Assembly (NCBI GenBank): GCA_049319825.1
Contig: JBMORT010000009.1
Coordinates: 3,349-67,348, forward strand
DNA: 64,000 nucleotides
DNA from: Patescibacteria group bacterium
Lineage (GTDB): Bacteria; Patescibacteriota; Patescibacteriia; UBA11705; DATKZF01
Direction of reading: 5' to 3'
Below are positions 53,222 through 64,000 of the stretch, piece after piece; the first letter of the stretch is position 1, and each line of letters begins with the position of its first letter. Made by a program: the position numbers and the translations under genes. The notes beneath the pieces are model-generated. The model ran no database searches. It was not told where the DNA came from and saw only the letters and a program-made list of their open reading frames with translations.

Positions 53222-55249
53222 ATGGCAAAGCTGAAAAGCAGAACAAAAATCAGAATTTCAGTCGGCATAATTATCGTCTTGGCTTTGGTCATGGCTGTCT
53301 TTGATTTTCCTCAGCCGATAAACAACGCCTTAGCCAAATTGGGGATCGATAAAAAGATACAAGGCACTGATTTTCATTTGGGGCTTGATCTTTTGGGTGG
53401 CACCCACTTGGTTTATGAGGCGGATACATATCAGATAGAAGAATCCGAAAAAGGCGCGGCGCTTGAAGGCGTCAGAGATGTAATTGAAAGAAGGGTGAAT
53501 GAACTTGGTGTGGCAGAGCCGTTGGTTCAAGTTAATCGGTCGGGGGAGAAATGGCGGGTGATAGTCGAGCTGGCCGGCATCAAAGATGTTGGAGAGGCAA
53601 TCGACATGATCGGCGATACGCCGCTTTTGGAATTTAAAGAAAAAAATAATGAAGTCCCAAGAGATTTGACAGCCGCTGAAAGGACCGACCTCGAAGCTTA
53701 TAATAAGAACGCCCAGAACCGAGCCAATGATATTTTAAGCAAAGCGCTGGCCGGAGAAGATTTCGGCGAGTTGGTCAAATTATATTCGGAAGACGATGAT
53801 ACTAAGTCCAATCAGGGTGAATTAGGATATATATCCGCTGACGGTCTCTATTCTGACATATATACGTTAGCCGATAAAACAGAGGTAGGGCGGGTGATAA
53901 ACAGCGTCATCGAAAATCCGGAAGGGTTAAACATTGTCAAAGTATTGGCAAAAAGAGACGGTCCGGAGGAAATACGCGCCAGCCATATTTTAATATGTTA
54001 TGAAGGAATTGATTTCTGTCAGGATCAAATATCAAAGGAGGACGCCAGAAAAAAGATCGAAGAAATCAGAAGTCAGGCGACATCGGAAAATTTCGCTCAG
54101 CTGGCTAAAGATAATTCCGCTGATCCGGGCTCGAAAGATAATGGCGGTGAGCTGGGTTGGTTTACTAAGGAAATGATGATCGAGCCGTTCGCCACCACCG
54201 CGTTTGATCTTGCGAAGGATCAGATTTCCGAGGTGATTGAAACGGATTTTGGCTATCATATTATTTATAAAGCCGATGAGCGTGTTCGGCCAGAGTACCA
54301 AGTGGCCAGACTGCTGGTTGATTTGAGAGATCAATACGATTATGTCCCGCCGGTCGAGGAATGGAAAAATACCGGCCTGTCTGGCAAGCAGCTCAAGCAC
54401 GCCGAGGTTGTTTTTGACCCCAACACCAATTTGCCTCAGGTCAGTTTGGAATTTAATGAAGAAGGTAAAAATTTATTTTCGGAAATTACTAAACGCAATG
54501 TCGGCCAGCAAGTGGCGATATTTTTGGACGGTTCGGCCATCAGCATTCCGCGCGTTAATGAAGCTATTACCGATGGTCGCGCGGTGATATCCGGCAGTTT
54601 TAACATCAAAGACGCTAAACTTTTGGCTCAGCGGCTCAACGCCGGTGCTTTGCCGGTGCCCATTCAGCTCGTCAGCCAGCAAACGGTTGGAGCGACTCTG
54701 GGCCATGAATCGCTCAATAAAAGTTTAGTTGCCGGGTTGATCGGATTGATCTGCGTCGCGCTGTTCATGATTGCTTTTTACCGCCTGCCGGGTCTGTTAG
54801 CGACTGTCGCGCTGTTCATTTACGGAGTAATCGTCTTGTTTTTATTCAAATATATCCCGGTGACGCTTACTTTATCGGGAATTGCCGGCTTTCTGCTGTC
54901 TATCGGCATGGCTGTCGATGCCAATATTTTGATTTTTTCCAGAATGAAAGAGGAAGTGGCTGAGGGCAAACCGCTTGATTTGTCGGTACAGGAAGGCTTT
55001 CGTCGCGCTTGGCCGTCCATTCGCGATGGCAACATATCCACGCTGTTGACTTGTTTCATATTGGCTTGGTTTGGCACCAGCATGATTCGCGGGTTTGCCA
55101 TCACTTTAATAGTCGGCGTGTTAATCAGCATGCTCTCGGCGATTGTCATTACGCGGCAATTGCTGAAAGTGTTGGTGACTCCGAAAAGACAGGAAAATTC
55201 CAAGTTTTTATGGTTGTTTGGTGTGAAAAGCCGTGTAGTTAAAAAATAG
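53222..55249 (+). CDS. secD: SecD with two inserted parvulin (PpiC) domains
   Basis: [32 protein letters not shown]; insert with [37 protein letters not shown]. Confidence 0.93.
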   Translation: MAKLKSRTKIRISVGIIIVLALVMAVFDFPQPINNALAKLGIDKKIQGTDFHLGLDLLGGTHLVYEADTYQIEESEKGAALEGVRDVIERRVNELGVAEPLVQVNRSGEKWRVIVELAGIKDVGEAIDMIGDTPLLEFKEKNNEVPRDLTAAERTDLEAYNKNAQNRANDILSKALAGEDFGELVKLYSEDDDTKSNQGELGYISADGLYSDIYTLADKTEVGRVINSVIENPEGLNIVKVLAKRDGPEEIRASHILICYEGIDFCQDQISKEDARKKIEEIRSQATSENFAQLAKDNSADPGSKDNGGELGWFTKEMMIEPFATTAFDLAKDQISEVIETDFGYHIIYKADERVRPEYQVARLLVDLRDQYDYVPPVEEWKNTGLSGKQLKHAEVVFDPNTNLPQVSLEFNEEGKNLFSEITKRNVGQQVAIFLDGSAISIPRVNEAITDGRAVISGSFNIKDAKLLAQRLNAGALPVPIQLVSQQTVGATLGHESLNKSLVAGLIGLICVALFMIAFYRLPGLLATVALFIYGVIVLFLFKYIPVTLTLSGIAGFLLSIGMAVDANILIFSRMKEEVAEGKPLDLSVQEGFRRAWPSIRDGNISTLLTCFILAWFGTSMIRGFAITLIVGVLISMLSAIVITRQLLKVLVTPKRQENSKFLWLFGVKSRVVKK

Positions 55250-55250
55250 T

Positions 55251-56168
55251 ATGAAGGAAATAATACAAAAAAGGAAAATTTGGCTTATTTTTTCCGGCAC
55301 GCTGGTAGTGCTCAGTATTTTAGCGTTGATCGCTTTTGGCCTAAAACTGGGCATTGATTTTACCGGCGGCAGTTTATATGAAGTCAAATTCCGGCAGCAA
55401 GTTCCGGCCCCATCCGATATTCGTCAATCATTATCCGAATTGACCATTGAAGGTGAGATTGTCGTTCAACCGGCTGGAGACGACGGGTTTATAATTCGAA
55501 TGAAGCCGGATGATGAGCAGACTCACCAGCAAGTTATTGAAAAGCTGCGCGCCGCATTTGACGCCAATGACGCTCAAAATTTGGAGGAATTGAGATTCGA
55601 ATCAATCGGACCATCAATCGGCGCTGAATTGCGAGACAAAGCGGTAATCTCCATAATTTTAGTGCTCATCGCCATAATTTTATATATCGCCTGGTCTTTT
55701 CGAAAGGTTTCCTGGCCGATCGCTTCTTGGAAATACGGAGTGATCGCCGTGATCGCTTTGTTCCACGACATACTGATTACCATGGGCGTTTTCGCGGTGC
55801 TGGGTCGGTTCATGAATATTGAAGTCGGTTTGCCATTCGTGGCCGCGTTGCTGACCATTTTGGGTTATTCGGTTAACGATACTATCGTGGTGTTTGACCG
55901 CGTGCGCGAGAATTTGGCCAAGCACGGCCGAGGAGATTTTGAAAAATTGGTCAATTCCAGCGTCAATCAAACATTGTTAAGATCGATGAATACCTCTTTG
56001 ACCACACTATTAGTTTTAATAGTGATATTCATTTTTGGCGGCGCTTCGATTAAGTATTTCGTCTTGGCCCTGATAATCGGCATCGGCTTTGGCACCTACT
56101 CATCAATTTTCGTGGCCAGTCCGTTGCTAGTTGTTTGGCATAAGCTGACCAGGAAGCTTAAGGAATAA
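55251..56168 (+). CDS. secF: SecF
   Basis: GIDFTGG, GPSIGAEL, GYSVNDTIVVFDRVRE, GTYSSIFVA. Confidence 0.95.
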   Translation: MKEIIQKRKIWLIFSGTLVVLSILALIAFGLKLGIDFTGGSLYEVKFRQQVPAPSDIRQSLSELTIEGEIVVQPAGDDGFIIRMKPDDEQTHQQVIEKLRAAFDANDAQNLEELRFESIGPSIGAELRDKAVISIILVLIAIILYIAWSFRKVSWPIASWKYGVIAVIALFHDILITMGVFAVLGRFMNIEVGLPFVAALLTILGYSVNDTIVVFDRVRENLAKHGRGDFEKLVNSSVNQTLLRSMNTSLTTLLVLIVIFIFGGASIKYFVLALIIGIGFGTYSSIFVASPLLVVWHKLTRKLKE

Positions 56169-56247
56169 ATGTAAAATAAAATATCAATGGTAGTCTTTTG
56201 GGCTATTTTATTTTTTTGCGATACGTCCTTGATATTAAATCCATCGT

Positions 56248-56955
56248 ATGAAAATATTACTGATACAAATAAGGAAAGATAAAATGAAAGAGCATGAATA
56301 TCGATGCATTCTTTCTGGTATGCAATTGTCCACCGACGAGCTGATCTCGTATGATATGTTCGAACGAGGTGGAATCAAACAATCGGAAATTGATAAATAT
56401 GATGCGGTGATCGTCGGCGGTAGTGGAGATTTTTCTGTTTATGACAGTTCGTCCCTGCCGTTTTTGGATGAACTGAAAGGCGCGGTCAGATATTGTTATG
56501 AAAAAAATATTCCATTTCTGGGCATTTGTTTTGGTATTCAGCTGGCCGCGGTTGCGTTTGGCGGCACCGTGCAGAAAATTCCAGAACAAAAAGAAGCCGG
56601 TAGTTTCAAAATATATTTAACCGCTGCGGGAAAAAACAGTCCGATTTTTGCCGATATGCCCGATGAGTTTTATGCGGTGACCGGACATATGGACAGTGTT
56701 ACCGCCTTGCCAGCGAGCGCCCGCCTGCTGGCCAAATCCGATCTTTGTCCGATTCATGCTTTCGATTTTCCCGAAAAAAAATTTTTTGTGTTTCAATTCC
56801 ATCCGGAGCTTGATAAGAATGGCTTGGTCGAGCGTCTGACTTTTTATTACAAAAAGGGCTATGCTCGCCAAGATGAAATCGATGATATCGTGAAGAATGC
56901 CCATGAAGCGCCTGAGACTAAAAAAATATTGTATAATTTTAAAAGAATGATCTAA
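56248..56955 (+). CDS. Class I glutamine amidotransferase
   Basis: LGICFGIQ, QFHPE. Confidence 0.88.
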   Translation: MKILLIQIRKDKMKEHEYRCILSGMQLSTDELISYDMFERGGIKQSEIDKYDAVIVGGSGDFSVYDSSSLPFLDELKGAVRYCYEKNIPFLGICFGIQLAAVAFGGTVQKIPEQKEAGSFKIYLTAAGKNSPIFADMPDEFYAVTGHMDSVTALPASARLLAKSDLCPIHAFDFPEKKFFVFQFHPELDKNGLVERLTFYYKKGYARQDEIDDIVKNAHEAPETKKILYNFKRMI

Positions 56956-57216
56956 ATCACCTAAAATAGCGGTCAACCACCTTCGGAAACGAAGGTTTTT
57001 TAAGTTTAAAAAATAAATTGACAATATCGCCGATTATTGTTAAGATAGCTGTTCAATACCGATAATTTCCATATTTATTATCTAAATTTGAATGATTTTA
57101 TGAATATTTTACTGATTGTTAGTATTGTCCTTGACAGTTTGCCGTAAAGATGATATTCTTAATTTAATATTATCAGATAAATTATAGCGACGCTTGTCCA
57201 CTATTGAGTAATAATT

Positions 57217-58329
57217 ATGCTTAATTACAGCATTAAAAACAAACAAGCTGTTCGACAGCTTTTGGATAACCTTTTCTCTGGCTTGCCTAGTCGCGAAAAG
57301 GATGTTTTGATTAGACGAAATCATCTTTTAAGCGAGCTTTCCGCTCGCGAGACTTTGAAGGAAATCGGCGATGAGTATAATATTACCAGAGAAAGAGTCC
57401 GTCAGATTGAAAATGAAGGCATTAAAAAATTACTTCGGGCCAGACAAGCGGAAAAGGAATTAATCACCATGATTGAAGATGATATTTTGAATTATTTCAA
57501 GCGAAACGGCGGTATCGTGCTGGAAAGACATTTGATCGATAATTTTGTCGGCCAATTGGATTTAAAGCATTACAATCAAAACGCGGCTATTTTTGTCCTG
57601 GATATTTTGATCGATCCGATTCAAAGGATAAATGAAACGGAAGAGTTCCACGATCACTGGAAGTTAATTGATTTGGAAATCAATCATGTGGCCGAGCTGA
57701 TCCGCAATTTGGTGTCCCAGCTTGAAGAAAAAAATGAGCCGATCGCTCATCAGGAGCTGATTGATATGCTGGCCGGACATGAATTGGTGTCTTCAAATCG
57801 AGAGCAGTTTGATCGTTTTTTAACTGAATATCAAGACGTTCAATTGGAGCAGCTGCTGCAGAATTATCTTAATCTGAGCAAGCGAGTCAATAAAAATATT
57901 TTAGATCAATGGGGATTGAGTCAATGGCCGCAGATCAGACCGAAAAAATTATCTGAAAAAATCGCTTTGGTTTTTCAGCGCCATAATAAACCGCTGCACT
58001 TTTCACAAGTCGCGGAAAATATCAATCAGGCCGGATTTGATAAAAAGTCAATTTGCGCGGCCACGGTTCACAATGAATTGATCGCCAATCCGGATTACAC
58101 ATTGGTTGGCCGGGGGATATACGCCATGAAAGATTGGGGATATGAATCAGGCACGGTCGCTGAAGTGATTGAAAAAATCCTTAAAGAAAACGGACCGATG
58201 TCCAAGGATGATTTATATGAGCGGGTGCTCAAACAGCGCCTGGTTAATAAATCAACGATTTATCTTTCTTTGATCAATAAAAATAAGTTTGTCAAAATTG
58301 ACGGCAATAAGTTCACCTTAAAAGCTTAA
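57217..58329 (+). CDS. Sigma-70 region 4 + HARE-HTH (RpoE-like) protein
   Basis: TLKEIGDEYNITRERVRQIE; PLHF...TVHNELI...LVGRGIYAMKDWG. Confidence 0.8.
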   Translation: MLNYSIKNKQAVRQLLDNLFSGLPSREKDVLIRRNHLLSELSARETLKEIGDEYNITRERVRQIENEGIKKLLRARQAEKELITMIEDDILNYFKRNGGIVLERHLIDNFVGQLDLKHYNQNAAIFVLDILIDPIQRINETEEFHDHWKLIDLEINHVAELIRNLVSQLEEKNEPIAHQELIDMLAGHELVSSNREQFDRFLTEYQDVQLEQLLQNYLNLSKRVNKNILDQWGLSQWPQIRPKKLSEKIALVFQRHNKPLHFSQVAENINQAGFDKKSICAATVHNELIANPDYTLVGRGIYAMKDWGYESGTVAEVIEKILKENGPMSKDDLYERVLKQRLVNKSTIYLSLINKNKFVKIDGNKFTLKA

Positions 58330-58347
58330 TCTTAATAGTTCGTAAGC

Positions 58348-58381
58348 AAAAAACGGTCCGCCCTGGACGCGTTTTTTGTTT
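58348..58381 (+). terminator. Intrinsic terminator
   Basis: AAAAAACG-GTCC...GGAC-GCGTTTTTTG. Confidence 0.55.
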
Positions 58382-58467
58382 TATATTAACTTTTTAAATG
58401 GCCGCTGCTTTCTTTTTTACACAATAATTTTTCATCTCTCATAATAATGTGGTATAATAATTGCAGT

Positions 58468-60141
58468 ATGGATTCACTCGAATTCGGATTATTTTCTATT
58501 GACTTGAGTTTTGTCGAAAAACTGGCAAACCAGCCTTTGTATCAGGTTTTTTTATATATCTTCTTCAATTTGTACGGCTGGGTTTTATTTTCGGTATTAC
58601 TGATTTGGGGGTTATCTCAGATTTGGATGTTTTGGCGGCAAAATGTTTTCGCTTCCAAGCAAAGCTACATTTTATTGGCCGTGGATATTCCCAGGGAAAG
58701 CATCCAGACCCCAAAGGCGGTGGAAAATGTTTTTGCCAATTTGGCTGGCGCGCATGCCGATCCGAATTGGAAGGAAAAATACATTGATGGCTATTTTCAG
58801 GTCGGATTTAGCTTGGAAATCGTCAGCATCGACGGCTTTATTCAATATTTGATCAGAACGCCGGTCAAGTTCAGGGAATTGGCCGAAGCCGCCATTTACG
58901 CGCAATATCCTGACGCGGAAATCACTGAGGTTAATGATTACGCCAAAGCAATGGATATCAAATTTCCAAATGATGAATACGGATTGTGGGGAAGCGATAT
59001 CACTTTGGCCAAACCATACTATTATCCGATAAGAACATATCCCGAATTTGAACATCAGATGTCGCAGGAATTTAAAGATCCGATGGCGTCGCTATTGGAA
59101 ATCATGAGTAAAATAGGTAAAGGCGAGCAGATTTGGTTTCAAATTTTAATAGTGCCGGTGCTCGGCTCTGCTTGGGTTGAGGACGGCGTCAAGGAAATCA
59201 ATAAATTGGTGGGAGTGGCCACACCCGTAAAAAAGACAGCGCTATCCAAGATCGCCGAAGCGCCGATCAGCGCGCTGCAGATGATCAGCGAACAAATTAC
59301 CGGCGGCGGGGGCGGCCCAGAAGAAAAGAAAAAGGAAGCCAATATGCTGGCTTATATGCCGCCAAATCAGAAAGTTAAAGTTGATGGCATTTCCAGAAAA
59401 ATCAGCAAGATTGGGTACAAAACAAAAATGCGGTTTATATATTTGTCGAAAAAGGAAGTGATGAGGAAGGGATTGGGTGTTTCCGGTATATTTGGCGCGC
59501 TGAAGCAATTTAACACCGAAGATTTGAATTCGATGAAGCCCCATAAAAAAACCAAAACCGTGGCGAATTATTTTTTCATCAATCGTCGAATGGCGAGTAA
59601 ACAAAATCATATCATGAGTTTTTACAAAGGACGATCGATGGATTCATACGGCTCGCCTTTCTATTTGAATATCGAAGAATTGGCCACGCTTTATCATTTC
59701 CCGGCGATCGAGCTGAAAGCGCCGCTGATCCAGCGCATCGAAAGTAAAAAAGCGAGCGCCCCGATTTCTCTGCCGACCGAAGAAGAAGAATATATCCCGA
59801 CGCTGGGCGCGCCGCCGGCAGAAACGCCGCAACCGACGCCCGAACCGGTGATTGATTTTGACACTGATGAATTTGAAAAAAGATTCGCCAAGGATAAAAC
59901 CGGTCAAACCGCGGCCATAAGAAAAAAAATCATCAAGCAAAAATATCATCTTGAAGAAAAAAATGACGCGATTGAGCCGGCGGATAATCGGGTCGGCGAA
60001 ACCGAGGAATCAATAATGCCGGCGGGTGAAGAAATCGCCGCGCCGGCCGGAACGATTTTTAAAAAAGGTGATGTTCCCGCGTCTTCACGAAAAGCGACTG
60101 ATGATCACGGTCAAGCGCCCGATAATTTACCCTTTATCTGA
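58468..60141 (+). CDS. Membrane protein, partner of the VirD4-like ATPase
   Basis: N-terminal TMs, FSLEIVS, IYAQYPDAEI, ELATLYHFP. Confidence 0.7.
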   Translation: MDSLEFGLFSIDLSFVEKLANQPLYQVFLYIFFNLYGWVLFSVLLIWGLSQIWMFWRQNVFASKQSYILLAVDIPRESIQTPKAVENVFANLAGAHADPNWKEKYIDGYFQVGFSLEIVSIDGFIQYLIRTPVKFRELAEAAIYAQYPDAEITEVNDYAKAMDIKFPNDEYGLWGSDITLAKPYYYPIRTYPEFEHQMSQEFKDPMASLLEIMSKIGKGEQIWFQILIVPVLGSAWVEDGVKEINKLVGVATPVKKTALSKIAEAPISALQMISEQITGGGGGPEEKKKEANMLAYMPPNQKVKVDGISRKISKIGYKTKMRFIYLSKKEVMRKGLGVSGIFGALKQFNTEDLNSMKPHKKTKTVANYFFINRRMASKQNHIMSFYKGRSMDSYGSPFYLNIEELATLYHFPAIELKAPLIQRIESKKASAPISLPTEEEEYIPTLGAPPAETPQPTPEPVIDFDTDEFEKRFAKDKTGQTAAIRKKIIKQKYHLEEKNDAIEPADNRVGETEESIMPAGEEIAAPAGTIFKKGDVPASSRKATDDHGQAPDNLPFI

Positions 60142-60194
60142 CTTATTCAAATAAATTTAAGCCATCGGTGATATTATTTTAAGGCTTACATTAT

Positions 60195-62126
60195 ATGCCA
60201 GAGATAAATTCACAAATCGCGGTTTTTGCCGAGACCAACTTTCGCAATGAAAGGCGGCGTTTTGGGATTAAAGTCGATGACCGCCGGCGTCACATGTATT
60301 TTGTCGGAAAAACCGGCATGGGCAAATCCGTGGTTTTGGAAAATTTGATTTATCACGACATTATTTCCGGCAATGGCGTGGCCGTGGTTGATCCGCACGG
60401 CGATTTGGCGGAAAAAGTCATCGAATTCATCCCGGCCAATAGGATTAACGACGTTATCTATTTCAATCCTGCGGACATTGATTTTCCGATAGCTTTCAAC
60501 GTGCTCGAGAAGGTGGATCCCAAATACCGGCACTTGGTCGCGTCCGGTTTGATCGGCGTATTCAAAAAAATATGGGCGGACAGTTGGGGCCCGCGCTTGG
60601 AGTATCTCTTAAGAAACGCGATATTGGCTTTGCTCGATTATCCGGACAGCACTTTGCTGGGTGTCAATAGAATTTTAGTGGATAAGGAATATAGAAAAAA
60701 AGTGGTGGCCAAAATTCAGGATCCGGTGGTCAAAGCATTTTGGCTGGATGAGTTCACCAAATACAATCAGCAATTTTTGGTCGAGGCCATCGCTCCGATT
60801 CAAAACAAAGTCGGCCAATTTTTATCAACTTCGCTGATCAGAAACATTGTCGGTCAGGTGAAATCGACCATCAGCATGAGAGATATAATGGACAATCGAA
60901 AAATTTTGATATTGAATTTGTCCAAGGGCAGAATCGGCGAGGATTCTTCCAGCTTGCTCGGCGCGATGATCATCACGAAAATTCAGCTGGCGGCCATGTC
61001 CCGGGTCGATATTCCGGAATCGGAGAGAAAAGATTTTTATCTGTACGTCGATGAGTTCCAGAATTTCGCCACCGAAAGCTTTGCCGGCATTCTGTCCGAG
61101 GCCAGAAAATACCGGCTAAATTTGACTATCGCCCATCAATACATCGAGCAGCTGGGCGACGTGGTTAAGGCGGCCGTGTTCGGCAATGTCGGCACGATTA
61201 TCTGTTTTCGTGTCGGCGCCGCCGATGCGGAAGAGTTGGAAAAGGAATTTACGCCGCGTTTTACACCGGAGGATTTGGTTAATTTGCCCAAATACAATAT
61301 TTATTTGAAATTGATGATCGACGGTGTCGCTTCTGATCCTTTCAGCGCCAATACATTGCCGCCGCGCCATGAAAATACGGGCAATGTCGATAAAATTGTG
61401 ACGATATCTCGTGAACGCTACGCCAAATCCCGCGAAGTGGTCGAGGAAAAGATCGCCCGCTGGAGCGGTGTCGAGACCGAGGCGATGTTGCTGCGCGAGG
61501 AAAAGAAATTAAAGGAAATGAAGGCCGGTGAAAAACAGATTGAATCCGGTGATGTTTTTAAAAAATCAATTGATTTTTTGGATATTTTACGAAGAAAAAT
61601 TATGCCGCCGAAGGAATTGGCCAAAGCGGAACAGGAAATAGCCGATGTTAAGGAACAAATCGAGGCTGAACCGCAGGAAACCAAAGCCGATGTTGAAAAA
61701 ATTGTCAAGTGTGACTGGTGTTCCGCCAGGACTCGAATAAATTTCGAGCCGGATCCGGAAAAACCGGTTTTATGCAAAGAGTGCCTGAAGGATTATCGCC
61801 GCATGCAAGCCAAGGGAATTGAACCGCCGAAAAAACTAAAAGGCACACCGCAAAAAATGCTGTCCGCCAGCCGTCCGGAGCGGCCGCGGCCGGCGGATCG
61901 CCGACCCAAAAATCAGTCGGTGATCAGCATTAACGAGGCCCTGAGTAAAAAACCGGTGGCTTTTTCGAGGCGTCGGTCGGAATCGGGCAGTCGATCAGCG
62001 CGGCCGGTGATTAGCGGCCCGAAGCAAGCGGTCGGCTTGTCGTCATTGCTCAATAAAACAAAATTTGAAAAAAAAATAAATAATGACGATATCGAATTGC
62101 AGTCGGGGGAGGAAGTGAAATTGTGA
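60195..62126 (+). CDS. VirD4/TraD/HerA-like ATPase with a CxxC-x17-CxxC domain
   Basis: DRRRHMY, GKTGMGKS, DPHGD, YVDEFQNF, SEARKY; CDWC...CKEC. Confidence 0.85.
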   Translation: MPEINSQIAVFAETNFRNERRRFGIKVDDRRRHMYFVGKTGMGKSVVLENLIYHDIISGNGVAVVDPHGDLAEKVIEFIPANRINDVIYFNPADIDFPIAFNVLEKVDPKYRHLVASGLIGVFKKIWADSWGPRLEYLLRNAILALLDYPDSTLLGVNRILVDKEYRKKVVAKIQDPVVKAFWLDEFTKYNQQFLVEAIAPIQNKVGQFLSTSLIRNIVGQVKSTISMRDIMDNRKILILNLSKGRIGEDSSSLLGAMIITKIQLAAMSRVDIPESERKDFYLYVDEFQNFATESFAGILSEARKYRLNLTIAHQYIEQLGDVVKAAVFGNVGTIICFRVGAADAEELEKEFTPRFTPEDLVNLPKYNIYLKLMIDGVASDPFSANTLPPRHENTGNVDKIVTISRERYAKSREVVEEKIARWSGVETEAMLLREEKKLKEMKAGEKQIESGDVFKKSIDFLDILRRKIMPPKELAKAEQEIADVKEQIEAEPQETKADVEKIVKCDWCSARTRINFEPDPEKPVLCKECLKDYRRMQAKGIEPPKKLKGTPQKMLSASRPERPRPADRRPKNQSVISINEALSKKPVAFSRRRSESGSRSARPVISGPKQAVGLSSLLNKTKFEKKINNDDIELQSGEEVKL

Positions 62127-62235
62127 CCAATAGATGACTGATTTTAATGCGAATATTAAAAGAACGCCGCATGAATCAAGGCCTGGAAAATATTTTATAA
62201 AATTTTAATCTTCACACTTTTTTTAACTTTGTTAT

Positions 62236-63990
62236 ATGAAAAGAATTTTTCACTTGGGAGGCTTGATCGCTTTCTTTTTATTTATCCCCAATATTTCGCT
62301 GGCGCAAAATGTTGGCGCTCCGACCGGTGCCGGCCAGCTTTACGGTTGGGACATTGTCGATTATCAGACGGAGATCGCCGTGAGAACAACCGGCGAGTTT
62401 GAAGTGACGGAAAATATTTTAACCGATTTTTATCAGCTCAAGCACGGAATTTTTCGCTATATCCCGCTGAAATATAAAGTCGGCGGCATTTTTAATTATT
62501 ATTTGGGAATCGATTTGATCGGAATTTACCGTCAGGACGGTGCCGAATGGGATTACCAGCAAACCAAAAGCGGAAAATTTTGGGAATATAAAATCGGCAG
62601 CCCGGACCAAACGATTCAGGGGCGGCAGCTTTATAAAATAAAATATAACGTCAAACGCGGCATCAGATATTTTGGCGACCACGATGAGCTGTATTGGAAC
62701 GTCACCGGCACTGATTGGGAAGTGCCGCGCCAAAACGTCGGCGCGGTGGTTTCTTTGCCCAAAGAAGTTTCGGAAAATGAACTGAAATTCGCTTGCTACA
62801 CGGGATTTGAGGGATCAACCGAGCAAAATTGCAATTATCTTTATGATCCCTCGGAAAATTCAGTGACCTTCACCAGTGTGGAAAAAGACCCGGCTCAAAA
62901 TTATTTGACCATTGCCGTCTGGTTGCCCAAAGGATACTTGATCGAGCCGAGTTTGCCAATGAAAGTTTGGTATTTTATCGGCGATAATTACGTATTATTT
63001 TTGCCAATTTTGATTTGCGCCACCATGTTTTTTATCTGGCGTAAAAAAGGAAAAGATCCGAAGTCGAACAAACCGATTGTGGCTCAATACGATGCCTGCG
63101 ACCTTTTAACCCCGGGTCTGGTCGGCGTGATTGAAAAAGAGCGGCCGTTCAATGCCCATGACCTGCCGGCGGAAATAGTTTTACTGGCCACCATGAGAAT
63201 ATTAAAAATTAAAGAAGTTGACGCTGAAAAGAAGAAGTATCAATTGATCAAGCGGCGCGATTGGCAAGGAAACAGCAAAGTCACTTCGTATCAAACTTAT
63301 TTGCTGGAAAAGCTTTTCCCGAGAGGCCAAACCGAGATTGATTTGGATGAGTTGAAAAATAATTTCAGCCATACCGACTCGGTTCAATTTAAAATGCTGG
63401 CCGACGCGCATATTAAAGCGCAGGGGTATTATCAAACGTCAGTGGCCGCCAAGGGCGCGATTGTCGGGATTGGGGCGCTGCTGTTGATGCTCAGCGTTAT
63501 TTGGGCGGCCGCGTCTCAGAGCGGATTGAATTTTTTCATTGGAGCGTTGTGCGCGGTGATTGTAATAGTTTTCGGCATTTTTATGCCCAAAAAGACTCCG
63601 GCAGGCATCGAGATGCTCAATTACATCAAAGGTTTGAAGGAATACATAAACGTAGCGGAAAAGGATAGAATCAAAGACGAAGAAGCGGCCAATATTTTCA
63701 GCAAGGTGCTGCCTTTCGCCATGGTGATGGGACTAACCGACAAGTGGGTAACGCTGTTTAGCGGCATACTGAAAGAGCCGCCTGAATGGCTCGAAGTCAG
63801 CGACCTGAAAGCTTTTTCCGGCGCATATTTGGCCGGCGCGTTGACACGTTTTGAAAATCAAACCAACAGCGGTTTCGCGCCGGCGTACCGAAGCGGCGGC
63901 AGCGCGGGGTCGAGCGGCTTTTCGAGCGGCGGCAGCGGCGGCGGCTCATCAGGCGGCGGATTTGGCGGAGGGGGAGGAGGATCGTGGTAA
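62236..63990 (+). CDS. DUF2207 family membrane protein
   Basis: HGIFRYIP, DELYWNVTGTDW, Gly/Ser tail ending GGGGGGSW. Confidence 0.88.
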   Translation: MKRIFHLGGLIAFFLFIPNISLAQNVGAPTGAGQLYGWDIVDYQTEIAVRTTGEFEVTENILTDFYQLKHGIFRYIPLKYKVGGIFNYYLGIDLIGIYRQDGAEWDYQQTKSGKFWEYKIGSPDQTIQGRQLYKIKYNVKRGIRYFGDHDELYWNVTGTDWEVPRQNVGAVVSLPKEVSENELKFACYTGFEGSTEQNCNYLYDPSENSVTFTSVEKDPAQNYLTIAVWLPKGYLIEPSLPMKVWYFIGDNYVLFLPILICATMFFIWRKKGKDPKSNKPIVAQYDACDLLTPGLVGVIEKERPFNAHDLPAEIVLLATMRILKIKEVDAEKKKYQLIKRRDWQGNSKVTSYQTYLLEKLFPRGQTEIDLDELKNNFSHTDSVQFKMLADAHIKAQGYYQTSVAAKGAIVGIGALLLMLSVIWAAASQSGLNFFIGALCAVIVIVFGIFMPKKTPAGIEMLNYIKGLKEYINVAEKDRIKDEEAANIFSKVLPFAMVMGLTDKWVTLFSGILKEPPEWLEVSDLKAFSGAYLAGALTRFENQTNSGFAPAYRSGGSAGSSGFSSGGSGGGSSGGGFGGGGGGSW

Positions 63991-64000
63991 ATTCTAAATC

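Noticed and set aside
63890-63990. GC-rich Gly/Ser repeat
   Set aside because: Normal DUF2207 C-terminus.
1-64000. Many 60-150 aa ORFs antisense to or inside recognised genes
   Set aside because: No motifs or independent start signals; treated as shadow ORFs.

Overview
Chromosomal window from a probable Patescibacteria/CPR (Parcubacteria-like) bacterium; the taxonomy is inferred from gene content (Elp3, sigma-r4/HARE-HTH protein, VirD4-like ATPase pair, DUF2207, mostly SD-less starts). It has four parts. (1) 1-4272: an integrase-less array of attC-like gene cassettes whose ends pair over long range, anchored at a dif/Xer-like site. (2) 4.3-18 kb: housekeeping genes (FecR/FN3 protein, elp3 plus a Trm9-like methyltransferase, murC, murB, hpf, secA). 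(3) 17973-52557: an apparently complete ~34.6 kb podovirus-like prophage inserted in the SEC-C codons of secA. It has Sak4/exonuclease/initiator early genes, terminase-portal-scaffold-capsid genes, CHAP- and zeta-toxin-bearing ejection proteins and a tyrosine integrase, but no recognisable CI repressor. Instead it carries a ~1.2 kb RNA-rich control region (two C4-like cloverleaf RNAs with loop-loop partners, a tRNA with an Arg body and ACU anticodon, three divergent promoter pairs with DnaA-box-like sites) and an early promoter that joins the lytic operon only after excision. (4) 52.6-64 kb: secD (with parvulin inserts), secF and other host genes. All calls are by eye; no searches or folding programs were run.
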